NCBI GenBank assembly: GCA_050084515.1 | Contig: CM114271.1 | Coordinates: forward strand, 5,456,001-5,520,000 | Origin: Blasia pusilla | Lineage: Eukaryota | Direction: 5' to 3' | Length of the DNA: 64,000 nucleotides | Part shown: piece after piece, positions 38,344 through 51,377 of the stretch | How positions within the stretch are numbered: the first letter of the stretch is position 1 | Layout of the letters: each line of letters opens with the position of its first letter | The notes under the pieces: model-generated | Seen by the model: only the letters and a program-made list of their open reading frames with translations | The model's database searches: none | Told to the model about the DNA's origin: nothing | Program-made: the position numbers and the translations under genes

Positions 38344-41029
38344 CTACCATACAATGGGTGTAGTATCCAAAGGGGATAACCCAACTGGACTAGAAGTAGG
38401 AGTCCGCCGTGGGGCCTCCTCTTCCTCATGAGGTATAACAACCTCACACCAAGCCTCATGCACTAGGCGATCAGCCTCCTCCCGTGGTGCACCGCCTGAA
38501 CTCCAAAGTGGCACATCTAACGATGAGGATACCACTGCTGCAAAACTAGGGACCTCCTCTACCTCTTCATGCACAGGAGAATCCATAACAGAAAGGTTAC
38601 CCTCCAAAAAGTCTCCTGGCCAAGTGACTACTCCATAGAAACCAGCCACCGATGCTAACACTGTTGGGGAAGACCCTCCTGGTCGAGCCCCATAAATAAA
38701 TCTCACAGGAACATGGCTCATACGTCCATCCCCGGACTGCCAACCATGTCTATAAGACGTTGTCTCATTCCAGTAGTCCATCTGAAAATCCATCGGGTAC
38801 AATATTGCTCCTCCAACTAGTACATCATACGACTCGGCTGATGTGACCATTGCAGGTACTCCCAACCTCGAGCTATCAGTTGCATGATCTGGTCTCAACT
38901 GTACAGACAACTTCTCCCGAGTCATGAAATGAGACCTATCATTGGTTCCTCCAAGTGATGTCTGAATCTGGAATGGGCAAGGCTCAAGCTCTGACCTCCG
39001 AATACCCAAACCAATACATGCCGCCTTTCCCAACATCAAAGGTTGGGCACCAGAGTCTAACAAGACTCTATCTGGTCTATACACCTATCATGTAAGACTC
39101 ACCAATCGGAATATCCCACTCTGGTTGTCCAACATACATACACCAGGTGTAAGCCTCTCACGATCAATGGCTGGCCGGGCTGGTAATGGATCCATCTTCG
39201 CCGCTGCTGCCTGCCAAGTAGCACGGATACTCAATGCTACACATGACATAGGGGGTCACTCCACTCCAACATCCTCATCACGTGTAGCCGTAACACTCCC
39301 GCGTTCACACAACGTGGCTGCAAGCTGAAATACAGGAGTGAAGTCAACTCCTAAAGCCATCAACTCCGTGGCTGAAAACAATGGGGATGCCAACACTGAA
39401 GTTGCCATCCGCAATACTGCACTGGATGCTGCATCCGTATCTACCACACGCGATGTAGATGCCTCAGTCCCCACTGTAGGCTCCATAGGTTGCATAGGAA
39501 CCATGGATGGAGTCCTAAGCACCTCAGACAACAAGAATGACTGGGGAAGCCTAGCCTACCTCCCAGCCTCACTCCTCTGTGGGTCCAACTCCACAGTAGC
39601 ACCACGTGGCTCTGACGCTCGAGTGGCTGCTCTTATAACTGCAGCTGATGCCTCAACCTGTGCTGCACTTGGCATATAAGAGAGATCATCCCCTCCATAA
39701 GAGGTGGAAGCCCCTGCTCCCGAACCTGCTCTATGCTGGGTATCAGCCATAGTACCCAACCTCTGCTCCAACTGCTCAATCTTGGCAGCCATAGCTGACT
39801 CTGTTGTAGTGGTAGGGGTAGCCACCGTAGGCTCTCCAACCACTGGTCCACCTCTACCACCTCGGCCTCTCAGAGCTACTCCACCACGTTCGCGGCCTGA
39901 TCTCAACTCTAGATGAAGATCAAAGCAACGCTCTGGAGGATGACTTGGTCTCCCGCAATGATCACACTGAGTTGGGGCCGACTGAGGCCCATCCTCCAAA
40001 GTCCGTCTCCCATCCTCTTGGGGACAAAACCTCCTAACATGATCACCTCCACATGTCCAACATGACTGTCCTTGCTACGGGGCAGAAAATGAAGGCAATG
40101 GTCTCTGCGCAAGTGTCCCTCTAGGACCTAACTGAGGTTGGGTGTACCCCCCACAACTCCCACTACTACTACCACCACCACTACTACGAGATTGTGAGGT
40201 GAACTGCTGAACACGAGAAGTAGTAGTTGTATCCCTATTGAATGCGGATGTCACCACTCTCTCCTCCAACATGTTAAGCTCAATCTTCTCAGATAGAGCA
40301 AACACCTAGATCAATGTGGGTGAATCATCACTCATAAGAGTAGCATCACGTACCCTGCGGCGCAACTCTCTGTCCAAGATCCCATACCAAAACGGATGCT
40401 CGAGCCTCGGTCCACACCTGGGTAATCTGAAATCAAGCGTTGCATACGAGTGTATGCCTCACGAAGACTCTCACCAGTCTTTCGCTCAAATTCCTGAAGA
40501 CTCCTCAACTTCTCTGTCTTCACTCCCTGATAGTTCTTCTTCAACCTCTTGAAGAACTCTGCAATCGGGCTGAATGATGGTGGGGCACTAGTACCTCCAC
40601 TAGTATCCCCACTGGTACCCCCACTCCGGCTCGTACTCGTACCACTCAACGTCGGGTTGGCTATCATAGTAGGAGCACTACTACCAATACCACCATGGGT
40701 GATAGACACATATCACACCACAACATCTGCATATCACACCACGTATCAAACTCCTCAATGAAGTCCTCCAACTCAATGGTGCCCACTGCACTTGAGTATC
40801 GTCGTAGGCCCTTCATGGCCCCATATATCCCATCCAAGTCCGAAATCAATGGAGCTGCAACATTCGATAACAACGTAGAAGACTCACTGTTTGGAACACC
40901 CTCGTCCTCCTCTTCATCAACCGTCAAAAGTGGAAAAGATAGCCGATACCTCAATCCACTCCGTGTAAAACTACCACTGTCCGCACCACGGTCCCCAACC
41001 AGACCACCAGACAGCTCCGTGATGACCAA
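38344..41029 (-). pseudogene. gag and aspartic protease of the DNMT-PHD gypsy element
   Basis: LEDFIEEFDTWCD, LQEFERKTGESLREAYTR (gag-like), two CCHC-type knuckles, and VLLDSGAQP...YDVLVGG (protease). Confidence 0.85.
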
Positions 41030-42239
41030 CGCCGATGCCGCACCACCACCAAATCACCACCACTAAGTAACCAAGTGACGTCGATGTCGCTGTACTATTC
41101 TAGCTCTACTAGCTATGGGTGTAGGAAAACTAACCTGTCATCACCACAAGAAGCCTCCCACGGTCTACTGGTCACCACTCCAGCCTCACTACCGGTAGCA
41201 CACAAGAGTGAAACTACTCTGGAAATCAGCGTCAACCCTAACAATGGGCGCGCAAGCAAGAAGCAACGATGGAGGGGATCCAAACACAAGAAGTTAAACG
41301 ACAACCCTCTAATCGCAAATGCAAATCAAGGTCATACAATCCACCAAACGTGGCACCCCCTGAATCCACATAATCCACCACACAATTCTAACACAATAGC
41401 TACTCCGCTGATAGTCAATGACGTGCTAGTCGCACTCGTAGCACCTGAAAATATCACCTGCATGGAGAGGCTACACCGTACTATACGCTAGAGGTCCATC
41501 AACCAAAAACCCGAGATGCATAAAGCGCCTAACACATCTCTGGACAGCACCAAATGAGGTACACCAGTGTGTACACTGGCATAGTTAAGAACTCTGCAGT
41601 TAAGCGTTTTCCAGGCAGAATAGCCCAAAGAAGGGCGACCAATTATGCAACACTCAACTCACAAATCCTGCAAAAACTGCCTCACGCCCAAGCAAGCAAG
41701 CTTGCTTGCTTGCTCCTTGCTCCTTGCTCCTTACTCCGGCTCTCACGCCCCGAGCTACCAGGAGTTGCCTCGAAACGCCAAGAAATGCTCGAGACATACC
41801 CTATTCGCCACGCTTTGCCATGCTTCGCTATGGAGAGAGGCCCAACCAAGGCGCCCCCAATGGGATAGGCGTCTCCAACAACGGACGAATCACCAACCTA
41901 CCAGCCCCTCCGATCTGCTGTCCACCATAGCCAGTCCTTGAGCTAGTTTGCAAAATTTTGATTAGCAATTACTCCACAAATCCTCGACCAAAATTGAATC
42001 TGTTTCGACCAGAATTCAATTGGCCACCATAGCTATCTCTCCACAAAAAATTAGTTACAACCAAGCTCTACACTGTGAGCTAAAAATCAGACAAACTTAT
42101 TGTCCATACACCTCAAGAATCGCAAATCCGACAGCGCTTCCGCCCAGATTCATACACACAGAAATCCGTAACGCTCCATACACTCAAACAGATAGCTTCA
42201 CATGAGAGCACAATACAGAGAGCAATAGGAACCTCTCAC

Positions 42240-42400
42240 CCTTCCATTTATATATATATATCACTAATACATTCGAAAATACATGGCACTGGCGTTAGTG
42301 GAACAAAGCCACATGACGTGGACCCCCGAGTGTCCACCAAATGACACGTGCCAAGCTCAGTACTCGGAGGACCTGTGGTGGGACCCATTATCCAGTTCCT
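42240..42400. promoter_or_regulatory. Candidate shared/divergent promoter between the DNMT-gypsy element and the ABC1 kinase gene
   Basis: (TA)n-TAAAT TATA-like run facing left (42244-42261); ACGTG cores (TGACGTGG, GACACGTG); GTGGGACCC TCP-like site; pyrimidine-rich putative 5'UTR of the kinase starting ~42400. Confidence 0.4.
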
Positions 42401-44042
42401 TGACTCTTTTCGGTCCCAATCGTCTTCCGGAACCTTACGACCTTTCTCCCCTTCGCCCGCGCTCTCGTGGAAATGTTACCGATTGACGTTAAACGTTAGT
42501 AATTCCGTGTGAATTACACCTTCGCCATCGAAAGATCCTACAGTTTTCCTGCGTTGCGGAAACTCCGCATTGATTTCAGAGCTTGTCGGAGCAAAGCATA
42601 TGCTGGATCGGATTCTCTCCTCGAATTGTCCGCCGTGCGTCGCAAGCTTGCGGAGGAGTTTGCGAGATATGTTTTTCTCCGTGGATTCTTTCGGAGGTTT
42701 TTTGCCCTTCCAGATCCGGTTCATACGATCTTTGCTGATCCCGTGAATTTTTGTGCCGCGTTTTCTTTCGTGAAGGCGCCCTCGGGTCTTGATTGGCGGC
42801 TCGTTTCTCGCGCGCCTCAGGTGTGTGGCGTGTTCGTTGTAGTCATTTTTGCTACTGTCTGTAGTCTGAAGCGCATACCGTTTTTAGCGATGGGTTCAAT
42901 TTTTGGAATTTCGGATTTTTCATGATGCCGAACCGCGTGTGATTGCTTCCTTTGTAGAGTGATTCCACATTTATGATACACTTAATTTTCTGCGCTTGCT
43001 TTCATCCCAAGTTGAAGTATCCCGCGGCTCTCTTTCTCTATGTCCTTCGCATGCTCCCGTGTCTTTCCTTTCATTATGCTGTCTCAATGCTTGTGCTCGC
43101 AATTTATGTCGGACATTCCTGAAACCTGAGTTGTGATGTCTTCTTTTTCCGTGGAAGTCCATTTGTAAATTTGCGATCTTTCTTTCAGCCTGGCATTCAA
43201 TTTCTGAGGAGCACAGAGTAACAAAGACCTTATTTTTTTTCGCTGAAGCTCAGAGCCAAAAAACCTGATAAGAATTTCCAGGGTAATCTCATCTCTTGTA
43301 CCCTATAGTCTTCGAGTTTTTGTGGATGGACGCCTGGAGGAATTGAATGGTAGCCATGTACATTTAGTGATTGAAGTGTATGTAGTAAAAGCTATAGCAC
43401 TCGATCTTTTGTCTTGCAACGTGCGCCTTCGCAGTGGTGCGTTGAAGTGAGATTTTCATTGAAGAAGTTGCCATCTATATCATTTTTTGGGAGCAATTCT
43501 GGAACAAAAGGGTGGGTATGGCATTCAAAGATAACGCTGCTACCACTAGAAGAGCCTTATGGCGCTCCCTATCCGCCTGGCATGACCGCCATAATGAATG
43601 TGAATGCTCGATTACAACTACCGTCTGGATGAGGAGTGTTCGTTAGTGGATTCAGGTACCGCTAGTCAACGGAATTTTCATTCGACTGCCCTGATCTCCT
43701 TAGCACCCTAGAAACGACGAAGTAAATCTGATACAACGGTCTTAAGATAAATTTGGTTATGCTCTAGTGTGAGTGACAGTGGATATGCCCAAGATAAACT
43801 GGCTTCTAAAATTTGGCGCTTAAGAAAATTACGAACACGGGTTGATTTTTCAGGTGTTTGAATGAGAGGGGATGTTTGACGAGAATTTGTCACCTTACGA
43901 TTCCGTCCGATCTAAATCTCATGTAGGCTCCTCGTTTTTTATTTAGAGCACCACCAATTGCTCGGCCGATTGCTATGTGTCGATTAGAGAAAAGAGATTG
44001 ATGAGTTAACTTCGTGTGCAGGTATTTCAAAACATATTAGGT

Positions 44043-47000
44043 ATGCGTTTCTTGTCTGCGATCAACGTGAAACGCATCTTTCACGTCGTTCAGGCGAATT
44101 TTTCGGGAAAGAACGCCAATGCAGTCCGATTGGGAAGCCACCGAGATCAATTGTTATCTCCGCCAACTATTCATCGGGGTGAAATTCATTCTAATAGCGC
44201 GGAAACATACCATCTAGTTTCCGGTGGTGCTCTGTATGCACACAATGCAAATAGCCTTAGAAATGTGCTTCAAGCTACCAAGTTGTTGATGGCTTCTGTG
44301 ATCGTTGGATCCTGGCGATGGGAAAGCGTCAGAAAAGAAACCGTGAAATTCACCAAAAGTCGTATGGGACAGTCTAATTACTGGGCTGATGTGCGAAATT
44401 TCTTTCAACCGAAAGATCCTAAAATAATATTCTTGGAGGAAAAAAGTTTTTTAAAGCCGTTTCATCAAGCGCTTCCATGGAGACCTGTACTATTCGTGAC
44501 TCTAGCTGACAGCAAAGGTCAGGTATTTTTCCTGTCACCCCTCACGTGAATGGCTGTTGGACATCTGCTCCTAACAAAGGAGGCTAGGAGAGATGGGCCT
44601 AATTGGTGCTTGTACGTATTCAACGCCCATACTTGTCTGTTTCCGATGCAACCACACCATTGTACTACTTACATCTGCGCTTCCCGGTGGAAAGATGGAT
44701 GACATCAGAACATGTCTCAGATCTTTGAAGTGTACATTGCCTGAGCTGTCCCACCACGCGTCGTCACATAAGAAATTAATCGTTTGCATGCGCTTGATCT
44801 AGTCGGTTGGAGGATATGCATTTGCTGTTGTTCGTTCTTTTAATTGAGTTTACCAAATTCAGCGGATTCATCGAATTAGGAAAAGATTGGAAGTATTCAA
44901 AGAATCGAATTAAGAAAAGAAAGGTCCTCAAATACTCGTTAGAGGTAATCTGCTCTTTATATCTTTTCTTAAACCGATTAAAATTGTTGTGATTCGGATC
45001 ATCAGTCAGTTAAATCTATAGTCGTGATCAATTTTTGTACAGATGGTGATGAGGTCGCTGGGTTTTATTTTGGGAGGATCCGTGTCCTGGAGAGATGGAT
45101 CGACACCTGTGGCTGAGCAGTTACATGGCAAAATGATAATAAACAGCATGAATCCTCTTCGTCTTTCTATAAGTGAGCAGATAGCTGCACTTCTGCGTAT
45201 GGTGAGTTAGCCGTCCTTCACCAAATCTACCTTCTTTGGTAGTGATATCTCTGATCGATCTGATCAGCGATACTGTAGCGTCGCTCAGAAACTATGTCCT
45301 TGTACAAATGAGTGTCGATGTCAATTATTTTCTGAAAATCGTCTACTGCGTCTCACAATATAGAGGGAGCTCACAGAATTCGAACTTATCTGTCTGCACT
45401 AGACTTCGCAATGAGCAACGTAGTTCTCAGCTCTCGTATTAAGCAACATAGAGTCTTGTTGGTTTGCTCTGATCAAATCTCAAATGATAGCATTGGATGA
45501 AAACTAATATCCTGATGTGTTTCTGAATATTGTTTTACATGACAAAGACAGTTGAAACAATGTCGCTTATATCCAGGGCAATTTACCTCTTGGCCCTTTT
45601 CACTCCATCGCTTATTCTTGGGACATTTTCAGACAGGTTTGGTGCCAAACTGCGAGTATACTGGCTCCAACTCCTACTCGCAACGCTTGAGCACGCAGGT
45701 TTTTCCAATCTCTTCTGTGCAACTAAAGCAAAAATTAAATAAACTAGAGTTGGAAAATGACGAGTTTTTGGGCTGTGTTGTTGAGTTTTATTGCAGAATT
45801 TTGTTTCTGCTTTTATTGATTCTAAAAGAGGATGCTTTCGTTTCTGACTCTAGGCCCTGCCTTCATAAAGTGGGGACAGTGGGCTGCAACACGTCCCGAT
45901 GTTTTCCCACCAGATATCTGCTCCTGGCTCGCAAAATTACACATGGCGGTGAGCGTGGCCTTGGCATTCACATTTTAGGAGTCTTAGTGCCTCCAATATT
46001 TTAGTATCAATGAAAAATTTCCAAAATCTTTGCAACTTTATGTCAGTGCCTGCCGTGTTGCCATTAAAACTTTACAGATTTGGAACCTTGGTGTTTATTC
46101 TGTTGTCAAAAAGTTTCTTATTTAGATCATAGCGATACTTACTGCGGTTCCATACTATTTCAATACAAGTTCTGCCTTAGTTGGCTATAAGTGCGGATTA
46201 CGAATTGTAATCAATGGGATTCCTCTCATCTTGTAATCAGCACCTATTACAGATCAGACACTGTGAAATCGCTGGCATGAGATAGATCTTCTACTCCAGA
46301 TTCTTGGCTGAGCTGATCAAGGTCTGGAATGAGTATTCTCTGTGAAGTAAATCGTCACAAAGCTGAAGGTTTAAGTTTTGATGGTGTCAACTTTGTGAGC
46401 ACGTTTGTGCTGTTAGTGTTCTCATTTGTGGTTACCCTACCCTGGAAGTTGTCTGTCCATGTCTGTCCCTTGGTGTGTGCTCCATCCTGCCTAATGAAAT
46501 TGACACATACCTTGTCGTGTGTGGTAGACAGGCACCCTCACATACCTTCCAACAAACCAGAAAGATCTGTGAGAAGGCTTTTAGGGCTCCACTGGAGGAC
46601 ATCTTTGAAGATTTTTCAGAAGAGCCTGTTGCCTCTGGGAGTATAGCACAGGTGTGCAACACTCTTGATCGATTGTTTTAATCTTTTGGATCTTGTCTCA
46701 AACCTTCAGGTTTCGCATCCTAAGTTTCCATGATTGTTGATCTTGGAGTGATGCATTTGTTGTCTCAAATATTGCAGGTTCACAAGGCAGTTTTGAAACA
46801 GCGAGGTTCGAATGGCAGTACGGGACAAATTGTAGCCGTTAAGGTATCTCAACGTTGGGATCAATAGGCTTTTGGGTATTGGTAATATTACAACATTGGA
46901 AAAATTTTGCGAGAAGATGTATTGATTTGATTCGAAGAATTCAGAGATCATTCTGTGATGGCACTTTTGTTAACAACACATCTAAATGACATGTCATCAC

Positions 47001-49334
47001 AGGTGCGACACCCAGGTGTAAGTAGGGTTATTCAACGAGATTTTATTATCATCAAGTGGTTGGCCAAAGTCTCAACTATCATACCAGGGCTGCAACATTT
47101 GCAGCTGGACAAGACCGTCCAGCAATTTGCGTCATTCATGACAAAGCAGGTACGTTCTTCATCAGCTTCTGGGATCTTTGATTCAGTCGCCGACTCTGAC
47201 CTCTTAGTTGCTGTTGTTCATACATTCCGCATATTGGAAAGAGTCTTTTAATTAATGGAAGTTAAAATGGATGTGTGTATCGTGCGTGGACAGGTTGATT
47301 TGACCTTGGAAGCAGCTCATCTCCTAAGATTTATCTACAATTTTCGAAAATCACGAAATGTATCTTTTCCTGTACCTATCTATCCGTGGGTACATCCTTC
47401 AGTTTTGGTTGAGGTATGCCCTGCCTTGCCAAAAAATTTCACTGAGACTACATGAATAATTGTCCCTAGAATTATCAACTAGTACGTGGACAGAGACAAT
47501 TGCGGAAGCAGGCTCTTTAACTTGCAATATGAGGCCAGTTGATGAAGGAAGTCAGAAAATTTCAACCACGTCGTTTGCTATATTCAGTTGATCGCTTGAC
47601 AGACGAGTGTTCTTTCCTACATATGCAGACATACGAAGAAGGGCAAAGCATTGCTAATTTTGTCGACTTGACGACAATTTTAACTCCCACACATACTCAA
47701 CTTGCATATATTGGCAGCAGTGCACTTTTGAAGATGTTGCTGGTAAATCATGGACTTCGCTTGCCTTTGCAGTAGCAAAAGAACTTTCGATCCAGAAGTA
47801 GAAAATTTCCGTCAGTTACACACGAATCAGGTTGTGTTGATATAACCATGTGCAGTAGTTACTTTGATGAAGCTTTGACAGAAGTCCAGCGGCGAGTTTG
47901 ATTTCAGCATCCTTTTTAGTGCTGGGAACTCGTAATGAATTTGGTGATTACAGATGGATAATTTCATTCATGGGGATCTACATCCAGGCAATATTTTTGT
48001 GCGATTTAAGGGTAGTCGTCCAAGTGTTATTCTTTTAGACGTGGGCATGACTGCGGAGTTGAACCAGAGAAGTCGAGACATCCTCATTGAAGTATTCAAG
48101 GTGAATATATCATCTCTTTTGTTTTTGGAAACAAGCTAGTAATACTTACAACAGGTTGAAAGGGCTATTCCAAGGGCGCGGCTGAGCAAACACACTGCAT
48201 GGGGTCATGATGCTTAGGAAAATCGAATAAATAATAGGACTAACTGGAGTCTCTCTTGTAAGATTAGGGTTCTTTGTCAATGGCGTATACACAAAATCTC
48301 ACACCCGTGGGTTGATTTCAATCCATTTCGGATTATCATCTAATTGCCACAACTGCAATTGGACTTTTTACTTCTGTGGGGCGGATTTCCCTTTGACACT
48401 GGCAAGTTGGCAGGCTGTGGCAGAAAAGAACGGAAGGGAAGTAGCAAAATGGACTTTGTTGTTTTCGGAAAATCAAAGTTGTCCGGATCCAGAGGTGACC
48501 ACTCAACTCACTCTTCGTCATTTAACGAGTTGCGTCAATGTGACCCAGAAGCTTTTTCTTGATATTCAAGAGCGCACGGACCACTTTCCGCGACTTTTGG
48601 CAACTCTGATCATCACTCGTTCAGATGCCATGCCAATGGTTTCTCCTGAAGAGGACCCCATATCATCGTCTTTGTCGAACCAGCCGACTCGAATTCTGTC
48701 TAAAGCACCACGAAAACTGACTCACAATTTGTCCAGTACGATTCCTAAGTAGACTATCCTGTGCACTTGCTTACCTATCGTTAGCTGTTGCCTTTTCGGG
48801 TACTTTGGATTGAAGTAAAATGCCCGGGCTCGCGGAGCCGTTACTTTTGCAGGGATTCGCTAGAGATGTGGATGAGAAATTCAAAGAGTACCTATCGATT
48901 AGAGGAACTGCCAAAAATACGGGTGAATGTATGACAGAGCTATTTGACCAGATTCGGAAACACAGAGTTGTCATTGAAGGGGATGTGTGTACAGTCATGG
49001 TCACAACGTTGATATTGGAGGTACGGCCTCTTCTCTGCTTGCAGTCTTCGACTCTGAGCTTGTCGTCTTGTGATGATTTTAAGCTTTGTACAACTTTATC
49101 ATAATGACCTTGTGAAGAGGGGAACACACTGGTCAATCTAAGGGGGGATCTTCTTCCTGTCCTGCCTGTTGAGCACCTGCAGCGTTACGGTTTCATTTGC
49201 ATGTGAATTCGCAGGGATGGCAAAGGAAGCTGGACCCAGATCTGGACATAATAACGATGGTAGGCGACATTCTGTTGAAACAGGAATGGGCCGTACCGTA
49301 CGATTACACCATCAGTGCCATTGCAGCTCCCTAG
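44043..49334 (+). CDS. ABC1K: ABC1/UbiB (ADCK2-like) atypical protein kinase, ~13 coding exons
   Basis: GT-AG exons approx. 44043-44522, 45043-45201, ~45550-45698, 45854-45948 (GPAFIKWGQWAATRPD), 46532-46651 (PVASGSIAQ), 46778-46843 (VHKA...VAVK), 47003-47149 (VRHPG), 47294-47413 (VDLTLEA), 47629-47742, 47954-48100 (DNFIHGDLHPGN...LLDVGM), 48414-48494, 48853-49020, 49215-49334 (GWQRKLDP...AAP*). Start codon and the first exons are less certain. Confidence 0.92.
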
Positions 49335-50347
49335 GAGACATCAATAGCGAACATGGAGACGACTTTTCGACCCTAAGAAGAGGAGAGACTTGGCTTGTGA
49401 TTTATTTCAGTGGGACGGTTTTGTGATGAACCAATGAATCGTCCCAAATGTCACGTCTCGTGCCGTGAACATTTCAAAATATCTGAGTGTAACAACGCGC
49501 AGCACGTCATTGAATGGGCAATGCTAATTTTGATAACCATAACCATGGCTTCTATAGAGCGAGACACCTGATGTAGTTTGGGATGTCTGACCGAATAAAT
49601 CATTGCCGGAGTGATCTGCCCCGCCTTCGCATGTATTCAGGCCAGGGTCCGCAGAGTTTTTTCGTGACAACCGGTACATTTCCGGTCTCTACAAAACCGA
49701 GCGGCAATTTTTGAAGATTTCAGTCCGGCCGGCTAAACAGATACGCATACAAAGGACACCCTCCCTGAACCTTCGGTTTTTGGCCGGTATGTGACAAACT
49801 GAATCGGAAATTCTCAAATTCTTCCGGCCAGCTCAACACGTAACCCCGGTTCTCCCCGAACATTGATTCAGGCTCGTTCGCAGTTTCCGTTCTCATCGAC
49901 TACATCAGAGAATCCGGAGATTCGGATTTTAACACATAGGGATACATCAATGCAAGATAAAAAGAGGTCATGTTTTTCGAGCATCTATCCCATTTGGGAC
50001 TTGGCGACCGTAAGGCACAGGAAATCTATCTCCTCACCTGCAAGTATGATGGTCTTTCATGCAAAACAATCCACTTGAAGGCAAAATGCACCACCCATGT
50101 TCATCATCCATCACAGATGTCCACTACCTATCTCTCCAAACCTTCTCCAAAAGATCCTCAAAAAATATGCATGACGGAGAACCCATAAACAAAAGAGGGG
50201 ACTCAAAGAGTGTCTAAATGCCACATGCGATCTTGAAAAAGAAAGAGGCATTTGCCCTTTCGATTAAACTCACCAATAGTTGAAACAATATCTGCAATTT
50301 CTAATACTAATGAGTTTCTAGCGTCGGTGTCTCCCATAGCCAAAAGC

Positions 50348-50548
50348 CCATTGGCGTGGGCATGTTTTAAAGATAAGGAGACCCGTTTCATGTAATAAAA
50401 GATCGTGGTAGCCAAGACAACTCCTTTCTCGATTGGAGATGACTAACCGCAAAAACCAATTGGTGTGGGCACGTTTTAAAGAGAAGGAGACCTATTTCAT
50501 GTAATAAAATATCGCGGTAGCCTAGACAACCCGTTTCTCGATTGGAAA
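50348..50548. repeat. Diverged direct repeat, two copies of ~90 bp with period ~109 bp
   Basis: ATTGG(C/T)GTGGGCA..TTTTAAAGA.AAGGAGACC..TTTCATGTAATAAAA...TTTCTCGATTGGA at ~50350 and ~50459. Confidence 0.75.
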
Positions 50549-51377
50549 CCCATAACCTGAGTCCGCAAGAAACGAATCAAACCTCTCCCCCTAATCCCAT
50601 ATATCTCTATGACTAAAGAGAACATAACGAATTCTGCTACGGATGCGACCATGCCACGTGTCTCAATCGTAGAATTTGAATGCCGGACACGAGAAGCTTC
50701 GAAACTCCGTGCCGGCGTCCTCCACTAAGAGTCTTCAAGTTTCCCGGCCAGGTCTCGGGCCTGGGCCGCCTGGCTCCCCGGGGGCCGGAGTTATCCCGGC
50801 GCCTCCGTGCACGTTGCGTTTCCCAAGTTCCCACAACCAGGAATCCAGGACTTAAAACTCGCCGCCAGATTGCGCACGTGGCATTATGTCAGAATTTCAA
50901 GGGGTTGCAGCGGGGAAACATGTCAGGACTCCCGGGGATTACTCCTGACTCCTGAGTCGCGCGAGTACTGAGGCTAAAGGGAGTGTCTAGGCTAGATTCT
51001 GGATTCTTGGAAGAAAGAACGTAGACCTCATGTTCACATCTTACCCTTGCTCTACGTCTTCCACCCGTTTGCAATGTTGCCCGCTGGCGGCGCCAAGCGG
51101 GCAACAATGTACGATGCTTTTTTCCTCGTTTCCAACCACGTAGGTGTATGTACTACGTGGTGATGCTGTACGGGGCCGCGAGACCTTCATACCGTGTAAT
51201 TCTGATCGAGGAGTGTCTTTCTACACGGATTCTCTTTTGTTATTGTATCTGTGTCTATCGACTATTGTTTCGCACCGAGGTGAGATTACTGCACTGTTTG
51301 AGATAGTCGGATTTGGAAAGCAGGAAGGCCGATGTCAGATGGTATCCGTCCTGTCTCCATGAACGCTTCATGCGGTG

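Larger units (their letters stand above)
33263..42260 (-). mobile_element. Ty3/gypsy retrotransposon encoding a C5 DNA methyltransferase and a PHD finger (gag-PR-DNMT-RT-RH-IN-PHD), degenerate
   Basis: gag with two zinc knuckles (CWTCGGDHVRRFC ~40020-40070; CDHCGRPSHPPERC); protease VLLDSGAQPL; methyltransferase motifs; RT RMCGDYRPIN and YIDD; RNase H; integrase WSVDFAGP/VLTDQG/ADGLAER; PHD. PPT at ~33845-33856, LTR at 33263-33736. The 5' boundary is uncertain. Confidence 0.92.
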
